64,000 bases of DNA from Hemiscyllium ocellatum (taxonomy: Eukaryota). A model generated the notes under the pieces. It searched no databases and was not told where the DNA came from. It was given only the letters and a program-made list of their open reading frames with translations. Positions 1 to 11,747 of this stretch are shown piece by piece (position 1 is the first letter of the stretch; each line of letters starts with the position of its first letter). Location: NCBI RefSeq assembly GCF_020745735.1, contig NW_026867487.1, forward strand, positions 3,906,001 through 3,970,000. The letters run 5' to 3'. The translations under genes were made by a program, and so were the position numbers.

Positions 1-869
1 GTGAAGACTGAAAATAAAGTAACATCCATGTTTTGACGAAGTTGATGTGAATTTGCATACTGCAAGCTGACATTGCAATTGTTACACTCAAGAATGGAAT
101 TAACATTTAATAAAATCACGAGTCACTGCTGATTGGTTATTTGTTGACATACTTAGCAGCTGACAGCCACCTGCTGACTGTGCGTTTATTCTCCAGTTCC
201 TGATATCAAAGGAACAAGGACAGAAGTTGAACTCAATGTTATCCATTCAATTGCTTCTGTATAGGAGATGCACAGAATGACGTGAAACTGTCCATAGTAT
301 GCTATTATGAGTGCCAAGATTCCGTTAACGTGTCTGTTCATGCACATTTGAACGTCGGGCAGATAAGGTATTATGGCATTTAAAAGATCACTGTTGTAGT
401 AATGATATAAACTCAGTGGTTTCGTTAATCAGTTGACTGCCTCATTTCATATCAGTGAAGTTGGGACTGATTGATAGGCTGTGCAGGAATATCAGTTCAT
501 GAGCTGCAGATATGACATGATAAAGTGTGGGAGCTTCTCTACCAAAAGAAAACCACGTGTTGACCTTCATAATAATTTAACCGTCTATCTGACAGTTCAT
601 AATAAGCACGACACGCATTTCACTGAGTTTAAATTGATGCTGCTTCACGTGAAAAGCTTTTGTTGCGACTGGACGATTGTAGACTCTTTACTAACATTTA
701 CCAGCAAGTAGAAGAAACCTGTTTTTCAAGCGAACACTTTCTGACAGAAAATACTCAACAAAGGTCAAAAGCAAGCTCAATCCAAACTTTCAACACAGCC
801 TTTTCCTGTTTCGTGTTCACGGTGAATCTGCAAAATAGGAAGACTTGACATTCTGAGTCCAATATTCTG

Positions 870-960
870 TTCTGCAGTGGGTCACCTGACTCACAAGATT
901 AGCTCTCCTTCCATAGATGTTGCCAGACCTGCTGAACTTTTGCAGCAATTTCTACTTATG
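870..960 (+). mobile_element. Decayed short Penelope-derived element (hammerhead-bearing 3' repeat family)
   Basis: Contains GATGTTGCCAGACCTGCTGAACTTTTGCAGCAATTTCT, the same tail seen in better copies at 27725-27865, 28143-28284 and 39845-39945. The ribozyme core is eroded. Confidence 0.55.
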
Positions 961-1335
961 CTTAACATATGGAAAAATGTTGGAACAGATTTTGAAGGAC
1001 CTTTGGAAAGTCGGTGACGATTCACGAATGTTAAATTACCATTGACTAATTTTTCAGAGCATTTTGAGACGAATGCACATCCAGTGATTAGTGGATAACA
1101 GGTATATGTATCGTTTAGGAGTACCAGGAATATTTTGCCAAAGTACCTGAGAATGGTTTTTCAGAAAGTGAGAACCCAATGTCTTTGCAAGTGAAACATT
1201 GCTGTGAATGAAGAATTGGCTGATAAACAGGAAAAAGCAAGTGGGGAAAGTCGTTCTTTCTCCACCTTGCTTCCTGGAACTAGTGGAATGCAACAGGAGT
1301 CAGAGATTGGATGTTTTTACTTGCAATATACTTGT

Positions 1336-1640
1336 GGGCGGCACGGTGGCACAGTGGTTAGCACTGCTGCCTCACAGCGCCTGAGACCCGGGCTCAATTC
1401 CCGACTGAGGCGACAGACTGTGTGGAGTTTGCACGTTCTCCCCCTGTCTGCGTGGGTTTCCTCCCACAGTCCAAAGATGTGCGGGTCAGGTGAATTGGCC
1501 ATGCTAAATTGCCCGTAGTGTTAGGTAAGTGGTAAATGTAGGGGTAGGGGTATGGGTGGGTTGCGCTTCGGCAGGTCGCTGTGGACTTGTTGGGCCGAAG
1601 GGCCTGTTTCCACACTGTAAGTAATCTAATCTAATCTAAT
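1336..1640 (+). mobile_element. tRNA-derived SINE, elasmobranch HE1-type, full length
   Basis: Begins GGGCGGCACGGTGGCACAGTGGTTAGCACTGCTGCCTCACAG (A box). A B-box-like GGCTCAATTCC follows. The LINE-like tail TTGGGCCGAAGGGCCTGTTTCCACACTGTA ends in (TAATC)n. Confidence 0.9.
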
Positions 1641-1689
1641 ATTCATTCCTTGGAGAAAGAAAATGAATGCACTATAGCCAAATTTACAC

Positions 1690-2340
1690 GTGATGCAACA
1701 CTATGTCGAGACACAAACTGAGAGAAAACAACTGGTTGAAGAGATTTAATAGATTTGCAAGTGGGCAATATATTAATATTTGAAGTATAGTGTGAAAACG
1801 TTCATTTTGGAAAGAAGAGTAAACAACAGTGTTCTTTTTCAATTGGACAGAAAGTGCATAAATTTGATAAACTAAGAGAGGTTTGGGTTCATGTACCTGG
1901 AACACAGACAGTTAGTGGTCACTTGAATCAGGTAATATGTCAAGTGGCTTGAAGGTTTGGGGCAGGAAATTTTCAATGCAACTGTGCAGGACACTAGAGG
2001 CATCAGAATTGGTGTGATGGGAACATTGTTGATCCTCTTATTTAAATAAGGGTAATGTTTCTTTGGAGTCAGTTCAGAGAGGATTCGTTAGTATGATCCC
2101 GAGACTGAAAAATGGTTTTAAACTGTACAGATAGCAGTTCAGTGGAATGAGAGGTCACCTTATTCAAACATATAGGATTGGGGCTATCACCATTACGGTC
2201 TTGTCAGAGTAAATACTTAGAGAATGCTTCCATTCCAATGTATGAGTCTGAGACTAGAAGGTAGAATTTCAGAAAAAAAGGCCCGAGGTAAAGCAGAGAT
2301 GAGGAATAATGTCTTCTCTTTAGTGAACTGTGACCCTTCA
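1690..2340 (+). mobile_element. Degenerate CR1-type LINE, 3' part of ORF2
   Basis: Broken reading frame including LESVQRGFVSMIPRLK (2064-2111) and an EMRNNVF-like remnant, typical of the CR1 ORF2 C-terminus. Confidence 0.7.
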
Positions 2341-3624
2341 TCACTTTGCTACAGGCAGATGTTTGGCAAAACTTCCATAACAGTGACAGCTAAAATGTTT
2401 TAAAATACAGTCCGTAGCTTAAACAAAATTTACAAGCGTAATGGTCTTTCATTGAGTAACTTTCTTTTTATTTTCATTCCGTCATATGTTGAGGATGTTG
2501 CTGTGAGAGACAGTATTAATCTGGAAAAGAGTTCTTGCAAAGTCTTCACAAAGAGCAAAAGAGTGTTAATATCACTGGCTATGTGTGCAGTCAAGTGCAC
2601 GCCACACCAGATAGGTTTAGCATCATTCTTCCTCTAAATGGTGTCAGGATACAACAAACCCATGAGACTTTCACGTCGAATGCTACGTGGGCTAGCTGAT
2701 TTCAGATTTTGCACTGAATTTGCATTGTGCCAGGCATTCTGCCTGCGCAACTTTAGTCTGAGCTTCTTAATTCGAAGGAGCAGTGACATTACTACACCAC
2801 CATTTGTCCTTGAAAAGTACATTCTCTCATGTTGTTTTGCTCTTGCTTAATTCATTATTTACATTCCGGAATTGGAGCATTTAATACTTGCTGATATCCA
2901 TGTGTGAAGCAGAAACGGTGGAACGGCTGGACGTTATATTTTCTGATGTTCTGTCCTTGTTGGACGATTCTTCATTCCCCAAATTACTACAGGAGAAATG
3001 GCCTTGATGTCCTAAAATGTTATTTTCTCCGATTAAAGCTTCATTTGGTTAATGTTACAACACCCTGTAGTTTCAACGCAAGAAATAGACTCTTGAAACA
3101 TGAGGGGCAATCTGGTTCATGTACACAGAACAGGTCACAAATTGGAAAAGTAACCATCATCAGTTCCACTCAGCCAGCTCTGTGTACATCGAAGATCCAT
3201 CGAACGCATCATGAAAATTAGACTGCATGGTATCCCTGCCCCCGGCTTCCATTTCCTACTATTCAGATCTCAACCGTCTCCTTCTCTCGTGCTAAGTTTT
3301 GTTCTTGGGGGGATCTCTGCCGCTACGCTAATCTCGCTATTGATTGGATCAGCAAGACCATGTGACTTGGATCTGTATTTCTGCTCTGACAGCGAATTTT
3401 CATCAGTGCAGATCTACTGAGACAGGAATCAACATGTGGAAATGCGATTCACAGTTGCTCAGCATTGTATCTGTTCTCAAAAGTTATGTCTATATCAGAA
3501 ACAGAACTCATTGTTGCATTTCGAATATTATTGCTGGTTGAACAACGGTGAATGTGGCTATTGTGTTGATCAATCTGATTTTGGCGCAGATTCTCGCTTA
3601 ATGTAAATTAATTTTCTTATTACA

Positions 3625-3942
3625 TTAGATTAGATTACTTACCGTGTGGAAACAGGCCATTTGGCCCAACAAGTCCACACTGATCTGCCAAAGTGCAACC
3701 CACGCAGACCCATTCCCCTACATTTACCCCTTCACCTAACACTACGGGCAATTTAGCATGGCAAATTCACCTGACCTGCACATGTTTGGACTGTGGGAGG
3801 AAACCGGAACACCCGGAGGAAACCCACGCAGTACGGGAAGTATTTGCAAACTCCACACAGTCAGTCCCCTGAGGCGGGAATTGAAGCCAGGTCTCTGACG
3901 CTGTGAGGCAGCAGTGCTAACCACTGTGCCACCATGCTGCCC
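3625..3942 (-). mobile_element. HE1-type SINE, full length
   Basis: Reverse-complement homologue of 1336-1640 with a (TAATC)n tail at about 3625-3638 and an A box at about 3915-3935. Confidence 0.9.
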
Positions 3943-4049
3943 ACGTACGTTGAAATTGAGTCATCAGTTTGCAATTGAACAGCGATTTGCTGAAATGACA
4001 CTTGACGGGGAATGAACATCTCCCAAACTGCGATTTGAAGAGGTGTTAT

Positions 4050-4264
4050 GTAAAATTACTTATTGTAGTACAGGCAGCATCTGCAGTTCCTGTTTCGACT
4101 TACTGGGACCAGTGTGCAGAAGGAATATTGCGTCAATAATATATTTTCCTCTCAGCCTAACAAAACTGTTAAGATAACTAAACCACAAGTTAGGAATATC
4201 CTCATCTCCTATAGTATCATGTGCCTATGTGCCAGTCAGAACTGTAGAGAAATTAACAAATAGA
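4050..4264 (+). pseudogene. TCR alpha/delta-like V relic (FR2-FR3 plus decayed RSS)
   Basis: One frame reads LL*YRQHLQFLFRLTG...NNIFSSQPNKTVKITKPQVRNILISYSIMC, with the conserved Trp as TAG and the second Cys as AGT. It is followed by CTATGTG (4225-4231), 24 nt and ACAAATAGA (4256-4264). Confidence 0.55.
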
Positions 4265-4312
4265 GCGGATCTCGTAAAAAAAATCCATCCTGAGAGTTCC
4301 ACATAACGGTGA

Positions 4313-4328
4313 TCACCAGAGGGCGCCA
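4313..4328 (+). promoter_or_regulatory. CTCF-binding motif
   Basis: TCACCAGAGGGCGCCA closely matches the CCASYAGRKGGCRS core. Confidence 0.7.
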
Positions 4329-5377
4329 TCACACTGAGAAACATGAACAATTGCACCCTGATTGGGAGAGACCTATAAAATCTTCTGAGAGATGATCATG
4401 ATGAGACGTATAAGACTGAACAGAAACAGACGAATTCAATGCAGCAACAACTTTTATGTATTGTGGTTGCGACACGGGGTAAACTCCTTTGTTAGTTTTC
4501 AGCAGACACACAGAAAAAGGTTCCCTCATGCTGTAATCTGTTTAAATTTGTGAGTCAAAGACTGATCCCAGAGATCACTATTGAGAGTAAAAATTAAAAA
4601 TTTTATTCTTTGCATCCAACAGAGAATATTAAAATCAACAACTATTTACAACTTATTTCTCTTAATCCTATTCATATCTCACATTCTACAACACTGATGT
4701 GATAAAAACAATCCTGAATAAAAATTACAAAAAACAAATTGTTTTTTTCAAAACCAGTCATCTTTGTCGATTCTCCTTTGTAGACTTTCACCTGTAGATT
4801 TTCTCTTGGTCGGTTTTGATGATGTGCTGTGCAAACCTCTGATGGACAGGTACCTTACAGAGAGTTCTTCAGTTAGCAGTCAAAATTTCGGTCCTTGGCA
4901 ATTCTACCCTAAACGTTCAGAATGTCTGCCTTTTTACCCAAAACATCGGATTGTTTCGTTAGTTTTAGTATTATCAAGGTAACACATTCAAATTTGATTC
5001 GATTTTGGTTTCTTGGGGCAAAATTTAAACTGATTGGCCGAATTTAAAGGTGTTTTTGTTTCTTGGCAATTCAGCTGTAGCTACTATTTTCGACCAAGAA
5101 TCAAACGATTCTTAGTTTGATCAGGAGTCTCTGTGCTTTGTCAGTCCTTGCTAGGTTTTCAAATTTCTTACAGGCACGTTACACGTCTCCATCTTCATCA
5201 CATCTCTGCCCTGAAGAAAACAAAAACCGTTACCATGAAAAGTTGGCTTGTCATTTTCTCTGTTCCTGACCCAGAATATCATGAACTACATGCAACTTTA
5301 ATCGAAGTTTATATAAACGTTTTCCCACGTGTGCATAAAACATTGATTAGATATGAATCTTATCTATGCTTTATTAG

Positions 5378-6990
5378 TTAGATCCACGATAGCGCACCTG
5401 CAATTACATTCTTATGATCTGCAACATGTACAATTTGAAAATTAAATGATCATAACTGAAAAATATGAAATTTAAAAATATGAAAGACATGTTCATGTCT
5501 TCAAGGTGTTCCAAGTAATTAAGAGGTTTGTGATCCGTCGACACAACCTTCTCCAGCACGTTGTTTGCGACATATGCTTTAAAATGTTGTAAGGCCAGTA
5601 CGAAACTCAATAGTACATTTAGACAGTAAAGCATTTCTTCAGGTGGATGTTCAGTTTCTTTGAAAAGTATCCAAATGACAGTTCAATCCTATCATCAACT
5701 TCCTGTAGCAGTACAGTTCCAACGCTTATGCCACCAGCGTCTTTGACAATGTTGAAAGTTTTTGAAAAGTTTTGTTCCACAAAAACTGGTGCGGTGTTTA
5801 ATATTGCTTTCAAATGGTCGAATGCCTCCCAGCATTGTTCTGCCCACCTAATCATTGTGTACGTGTTCAGCAAATCGGTGAACAATGCCACTGCAGGGCT
5901 GAAGTTTGAAACAAACCTTCCGATAGAATCCACTGAGTGCCAAATATGAAAGCGCCTCTTCCTTTGATGTGTAAATTCCTCGATGGCCGTCGTCTTTGCA
6001 TTCTCTGGTGTCAAATTTCCATGACCGACGTTATGTCCCAAGAACGGCAGCACTGCTTTCGTGGATTGTGTTTTGCTTAAATTTATCACCAGTTTTGCTT
6101 CTCGTAGTAACTCAAAGTTCTCTGCCAAATCTACCATGTGATCTTTTCAGGACTTACTAAAGATCACTATGTCGTACAAATAAAATGCACGGTTTGTTAA
6201 CCCAGCAACAACTCTGTTCATGATTCTTTGGAATCTGGCGGCGCATCCTTCATTCCGAAAGATATCACTTTAAATTGGTATAGCCCATTTGGGGTTACAA
6301 ATGCAGAAATTTCTTCCACCGTCTGTGTTAAATTTACCTGCCAGTAAACGAGAGGAATCGCCAAATTGGTGATGTACTGGTCTGTCGAACATTCTTGATT
6401 CAGTGTTCCAAGCTCGGATATGAATCCAATTTTGTAAGGGCGTGAACCAATAATGCAGGCAAAATATTTGAGTCCCCTCCAGTTGGGAAGTAAGACAATC
6501 AACAAACGCAACTCGTTTTGGCTAGATAAAAAGCCAATCCTGATGAAGGGCTCTTGCCCAAAATGTAGATTCTCCTGCTCGGCCGTTGCTGCCTCATCTC
6601 GACTCTGATCCCCAGTTTCTGCAGGCCTCACTTTATCCTCCTCACTGATATCCTCATTGAGCATGGCCTCCACCTCTATTTGGACATGTCTAACTTTGAA
6701 AGGACTATGCTGATAAGGGTGTTGTTTTAATGTGCCAAATTACCTCCGTCAGCCTCATGTACAATCGCTTTATTTCTTCCCATCTGATTCTTTAATATAT
6801 CCACATACTGCGGTAGCAAACCTGTATTCTATGCTCCTGAGACAGTTAGCTAACTAACCTAATGCTCATGGACTTCATCACTTTATAACACATATTGAGG
6901 CACGTCAAAATCGATACGATCTAGACTTGATTCATTACTCTTCAGGGCAGTAGCTTACACCTTTTTGTCCAGTTCATTCTCTCCAGTTCT
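5378..6990 (-). mobile_element. Decayed Ty3/Gypsy LTR retrotransposon pol (RT and RNase H), Gmr1-like domain order
   Basis: RT motifs KQHPYQ, YWQVNL and EISAFVTPNGLYQFKVISFGMKDAP. RNase H motifs VLLQEVDDRIELSFGYFSKKL and TDHKPLNYL. The frame ends ...KNVIAGALSWI* at 5378-5380 with no downstream integrase. A possible gag relic lies at about 7430-7790. Confidence 0.85.
6535..6640 (+). mobile_element. Short Penelope-derived hammerhead element nested in the Gypsy RT
   Basis: AATC-CTGATGA-AGGGC-TCTT-GCCC-AAAAT-GTA-GATT. Helices I and II can pair, but the GAAAC core has become AAAAT, consistent with CpG decay. It interrupts the RT frame. Confidence 0.75.
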
Positions 6991-8761
6991 TGGAGAGTAC
7001 CAACACAGCCAATCATAACCTGTATGAAATGTTCTTAAAATGGCCGTTGAATAGTGAATGCAGAACCGTCTTTGGGAGTCAGAAGGTGCCTTATACACTG
7101 TGAGATTAATATTCTCTGGCGTAGTCTTGTCGGCACAATATTTGTATGGCTTCTCCAGTCTGATAAATTGAAGCCCTCAGGACATTGATAGTGCAATATC
7201 AGCGATATCGATCCGATTGGCAATCTAGGAAGATGGTTAGATTTCATTTTTTTTTGTGAAGACTGCCACAATCCTGGCGCTCATGTAACGTGTTTGGTTC
7301 TTGGAAACATCCAAGCCATGCAGTAATGGCATTCAGCTCGTTCTGCATATGAAAAGGAAATGACTAAATATCTGAGTAATTTGTAAAAATGCATAATTAT
7401 CAGTAAACATTTCGAATTCTCAAGGTCCAGCACATGATGGTACAACGGGTACTCGTAGCTGAGAAACTGAAGTGCAACAGAGTCACTGTTGTTGGGTACC
7501 CATTTTCAAGGAAGAGGAATGTATCACTCGGGGTCCGGTGTTTGAGTGTTCCCTTTCAAGTAGCAACTTCGGACTCTGTAATTTCGACTTCAAGGCCTGC
7601 AACTTCTGTTTCAATGATGAAAGGTCCAACAGTAATGATGTACACGAATATAATGGGTACCTTCCACTAGTACAAGCTACTCTTGCAAGGTCTTCCAGGT
7701 GTTGCGATAACTCCACCTCTGACCTCCAAGAAACACAAATAATTTCTTCCGTGTTACCTCAGCTGTGTTTTCTTCGAACCAGCCAAGGAGATTGCCCCCC
7801 CCCCCCCCATTCTCATTGCCTCACTGCGCAAAGTGAGATGTCACCCACAGATATATTTCCTGTCATGCCAGCTGTCAGCTGTGACTCGGGTCAACGTACA
7901 GTTCCTGAAAATGTGATCACAGAAAATACCCTGAAAATGCGTCCAGTGCAAGGCAGTTTTTCATGCTTTGTAAAATGTCTTCTCGAATCTTACTGGTTTT
8001 TTTAGTTCAAATATTATTCTTCCTAATCATTTATTTCTATTCTGGAATTAGTTGTCTGTCATCTGCGAATTCGCCAAGTGACGAACACAATTTACAGATT
8101 AGTTAATATTTATATGACCGACTTCACATTTAGAATTCCACAATTATAATGATGAAATTCTGATTTCGGGATTTCAAAGCACAGCGCGTCGTGGCTCCAA
8201 TGGATTAATTTGAGGCTAGTGGGGCTTGTCGCATCGCACACAGATGGCTTTAAGGCTTCTCTCAATTCTTTTTCTTCTCATGAAACTTGAGAAATGCCTG
8301 GATAAGAATGTAAAGTTCTTCGAGGCAAAAGTAGTGTTGTGCTGAAACGTACTGCTCGAAGTGCACTTCATATATTGACATCTGATGTAAACTTAATGTC
8401 AAGATACAGCTGCAAAATCTGACAAAAAATAATAAAATAAGCATAGTTGGTTATACAAGAAGAATTGAATTAAATCTCTGTTAATACAGGTGGAATCTAT
8501 CTATCTATTTATCTATCTAGTCATGTGAAAGTCAACGTCATTGTTTTTCTGATCTCTACTTTTTCTGTAGAACACTGCAACAAAAAAAATCGGACTTAAT
8601 TTGTGCACTCACTTTACCAGTAGTGATAGTTAGAAAGACTTTGTTACTTAGTACAGATATAAGTTTGAGTATCAAAAGTAAACCTTGCTAATCTCACTAT
8701 GATTTGTAAAACTTGCCATATGGAGAGGGTTCATTCAGATCGCAGCGGCATGTCTTCGCCA

Positions 8762-9207
8762 AGATATTGTACAGGCGATTCCACACATTCACTCACAGTG
8801 TCTGTTTCGCACAGTAATACATTCCGGCGTCATTGAACATGGTGTATTCGATAGACATGATGTTGGAGTTCTTCAGTCGGTCGAATGACAGAGCGTAAGG
8901 TCCATTTGTCTTATTGCCCTCGTATAGTGAGTCGATAAATGTCGGAATCCCTGAAAGGGTTTGTCTGTACCAGGCTACCGTTTCGCCTGTACCAATGGAC
9001 ATTCGACAATGCAGTTCAACTCTGTCTCCTTCCAGAGATAACATCTGATCAGACTGAACAGCTGAAAGAAAATAAATATCATTCCAACACGACATGATGT
9101 TGAAGAGTTTGTAAAGTCAGGAGTCTGATTATGAAAATAAACTTACACATCATGAAGATCATCAGAGCTCCAACTGATAATACATGATTGCAAAACATTC
9201 TGTTCAT
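8762..9207 (-). CDS. Divergent TCR-locus V gene segment (family A), open reading frame with 23-RSS
   Basis: Leader exon 9207-9147 (MNRMFCNHVLSVGALMIFMM, GTAAGT donor). AG acceptor, then V exon 9061-8801: VQSDQMLSLEGDRVELHC...VAWYRQ...NDAGMYYCAKQ. RSS is CACTGTG (8800-8794), 23 nt, ACAATATCT (8770-8762). Confidence 0.9.
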
Positions 9208-9444
9208 GCTGACTAAACCTCCCTCCAAGTGGACCAATCAGGTAATAGTTCCAGTCCTGGAGCTGCTGTCGATGATAAGTCTTTCAATGACGGCAACTGG
9301 AGAGCAGAGAGGTAAACGTTATATTCTCTTCATACAAAGAGACTGACGGACGGCATTCAAAATAACCAGCCTATTATGGGATGTTGACACAAGACATCAT
9401 CAATGTCATATTCACGGATTGGCTGTCTAAAGGCAGGGGCATGC

Positions 9445-9453
9445 TGATGTCAC
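9445..9453. promoter_or_regulatory. CRE-like TGATGTCAC element between divergent V genes
   Basis: Resembles the CRE-like decamer of TCR V promoters. The same 9-mer occurs at 29312, 36398 and 49242 (reverse). GACCAATCA lies at 9232-9240. Confidence 0.55.
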
Positions 9454-9471
9454 AACAAAAAAGCGCTGGAG

Positions 9472-9505
9472 TCTCTCTCTCTCTCTCTCTCTCTTCTCCC
9501 TCTCC
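9472..9505. repeat. (CT)n microsatellite
   Basis: Direct reading. Confidence 0.9.
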
Positions 9506-9946
9506 TCATTCACTGTGTAGTGATCGATTAAATGCTTCATGTTCTTAGTTATTGATCTTGTAAAAAAATTTAACTGTCAATGCTTATGGTACTTCTGGAA
9601 TTATTAAACCTATCTTCCATACTTGCTTTCCATCCTCCCAAGCCCCCTCCTCTGTCTCAGAAATCATGAACCCTTCCATGTCTTCACCTTCAAACCTGTG
9701 TTACTTGGCGTTGCCTTTCTGAAAATGTCGAATTTATATTGAAAGTGTCGTTGCTCTGGTTATTTATCATGATGGTTTCATTTAGTTAAAATGCACAGTA
9801 ACAATATTTATGAATTAACTTTCAATCCCATGTTAGTGAAATCTCTGTCTGTTTTTCAGAGGGCTGCTGGTGGGTTCTGGTTTGTGGCTGGTCAATCTAT
9901 CAAATACTGTATTTAACCCCAAGATTATTTGCAAGTCCTCACTGCC

Positions 9947-10414
9947 GTGTATTTTACTTTTCTCAATTATATTTTCAGCCTGTGGTGTCTGCTTTAAGTT
10001 AGGTAGTAAATAAGTATGAATTTCAGTAATTGCCACACTTTGGAAAGCATATCTATAGCATTACAGGAACGATCGCTGAAGATTCATTGTCGCAAAATTC
10101 GTTTCAATTATTGTTTCGTTGGATTGAACGAGTAATAACTGAACAGCCTTTACTCGATTATGCACTCGAATCCAAACCTGTTCTGTGACATGCTGTTGTC
10201 CCTGTAAAGCTGAGAAACTTTTAACAAAGGTACATAGCACTGCGGATGAAGACAAGTTTCATTTTTTCCAAGAAGTCACTCTGTGCATTTGCATAAAGCA
10301 AGCAAAACGCTTGCTTTAAGTATTGATGGAGTTCTTTTCTCTGACTGAGTCATGTACTTCTCTACCATGACACACAGACTGCTGCAAAGATGTCAAGGAC
10401 TCTGCACAGCACTC
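9947..10414 (+). pseudogene. TCR alpha/delta V pseudogene (family B)
   Basis: The leader (about 9947-9991) is homologous to that of the 16 kb V but starts with GTG and has lost its donor. The exon from 10067 reads GTIAEDSLSQ..., then PNLFCDM, then HKASKTLALSIDGVLFSD*VMYFST. A decayed RSS lies at about 10375-10414. Confidence 0.8.
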
Positions 10415-10856
10415 TCAGACAAATACGTACAGCTAATGTACAACAGAGTACGTTATGACTATGATAAAAGAAACAAATTTGCAGAAATGAAAATGGAATG
10501 TGCTGGAGAAACTGAGGTGGTCAGGTTCCATGCGTAGAGAGGGAAGCAGAGCTAATGTATCCTGTCAACTTGCACCTTCCATAAATCCAGGGTAGACTGA
10601 AAGCTGATGGCCAGTGCCCGAAATCAGTAGCTCTGCTGCCTTCAAACTCGTTCGAAGTATCTTATTTGTCTTATTCTAAAATCTGTTACGTTCTGCACGG
10701 TTTATAAATTTGTTCTGTTGTGCTGACGATTTTCTCCTTTGTCGCCATGGCAGCACCTTCCTCCTTTGGCAAGACCGTTGAAAATTGTTGATTTTTCACC
10801 TCAGCCACGTCCCCTGCGCACATGGCAAATCTTCTGATTCTGATGGAAGCCTTGTG

Positions 10857-10899
10857 CTGTGAGGCAGCAGCACCTACCGCTGAGTCACCATCCCGCCCC
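10857..10899 (-). mobile_element. SINE 5' (tRNA head) fragment
   Basis: Reverse reads GGTGACTCAGCGGTAGGTGCTGCTGCCTCACAG, similar to the HE1 head. Confidence 0.5.
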
Positions 10900-11592
10900 A
10901 ACATGAAGAGTAATGACTATAAAGAATTGTCTAATCTTTAGAAACATAATCCTGTCTTGGATCAGTCTGAATCTCTTAATTGCATGCCACAGTTCTACAT
11001 CAGCTATGAGCTGCAATTGCGTAATGTGGAATCGGATGAAAATAAGAATGGAAGGCTGTCAGGATTTGGGATGACAATGGTGATTTATGAACTTGTGACT
11101 GGTGACCTCGTGAAACCAGGATCAATATGGGGGTCTTAAGATCACTTTCCCCTTTTTGCCCGGAAACACAGATCATGCCAAAAATGTCACCTGCAATGAT
11201 TTACTCTCACGTGTTACCCTTTTATGTCTGCTCAGGGTTCACTGTCCCAAGTGCCTACATTCATTTTTAATTTGGAGAATATTAATCAGGATAATGTTGC
11301 AGCCTCATTTGAAGGCATGCACTTTAGCAGCCATTCTGCTATCATACTTTCTCTGCTATTAAATACTCACATCTCAGATCTGATAATGATTAACTGCACT
11401 TACATGTCATTTCCCTTCACCCTGTATCGCCTTATTGATTTAAAATCTGTCTATTTCAGGCCTTAATGCATTTAATGACCCAAGCATGACATCCCTCTTC
11501 TGTAACAAATTCCACAGCTTCACAATGGTCAGGGCAAGCAAATTCATCCTCATCTCTCTCTCTCTCTCTCTCTCGCTCTCGATCGATCGATC

Positions 11593-11747
11593 NNNNNNNN
11601 NNNNNNNNNNNNNNNNNNNNNNNNNNNNNNNNNNNNNNNNNNNNNNNNNNNNNNNNNNNNNNNNNNNNNNNNNNNNNNNNNNNNNNNNNNNNNNNNNNNN
11701 NNNNNNNNNNNNNNNNNNNNNNNNNNNNNNNNNNNNNNNNNNNNNNN
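11593..11747. other. Assembly gap (N run) adjoining a (CT)n/(GATC)n microsatellite
   Basis: Direct reading. Confidence 1.

Noticed and set aside
51-58. Octamer ATTTGCAT suggesting an Ig-type promoter near the window start
   Set aside because: No leader, V exon or RSS could be built downstream, and the same 8-mer occurs incidentally elsewhere (e.g. about 2718, 10288, 46904, 60321).
190-260. KGTRTEVEL after a splice-acceptor-like site as a J segment
   Set aside because: No FGxG/WGxG motif, no upstream 12-RSS and no GT donor at the expected position.
2480-2680. DVAVRDSI...KSVNITG as a V FR1 relic
   Set aside because: Requires several frameshifts and has no credible WYxQ, YYC or RSS.
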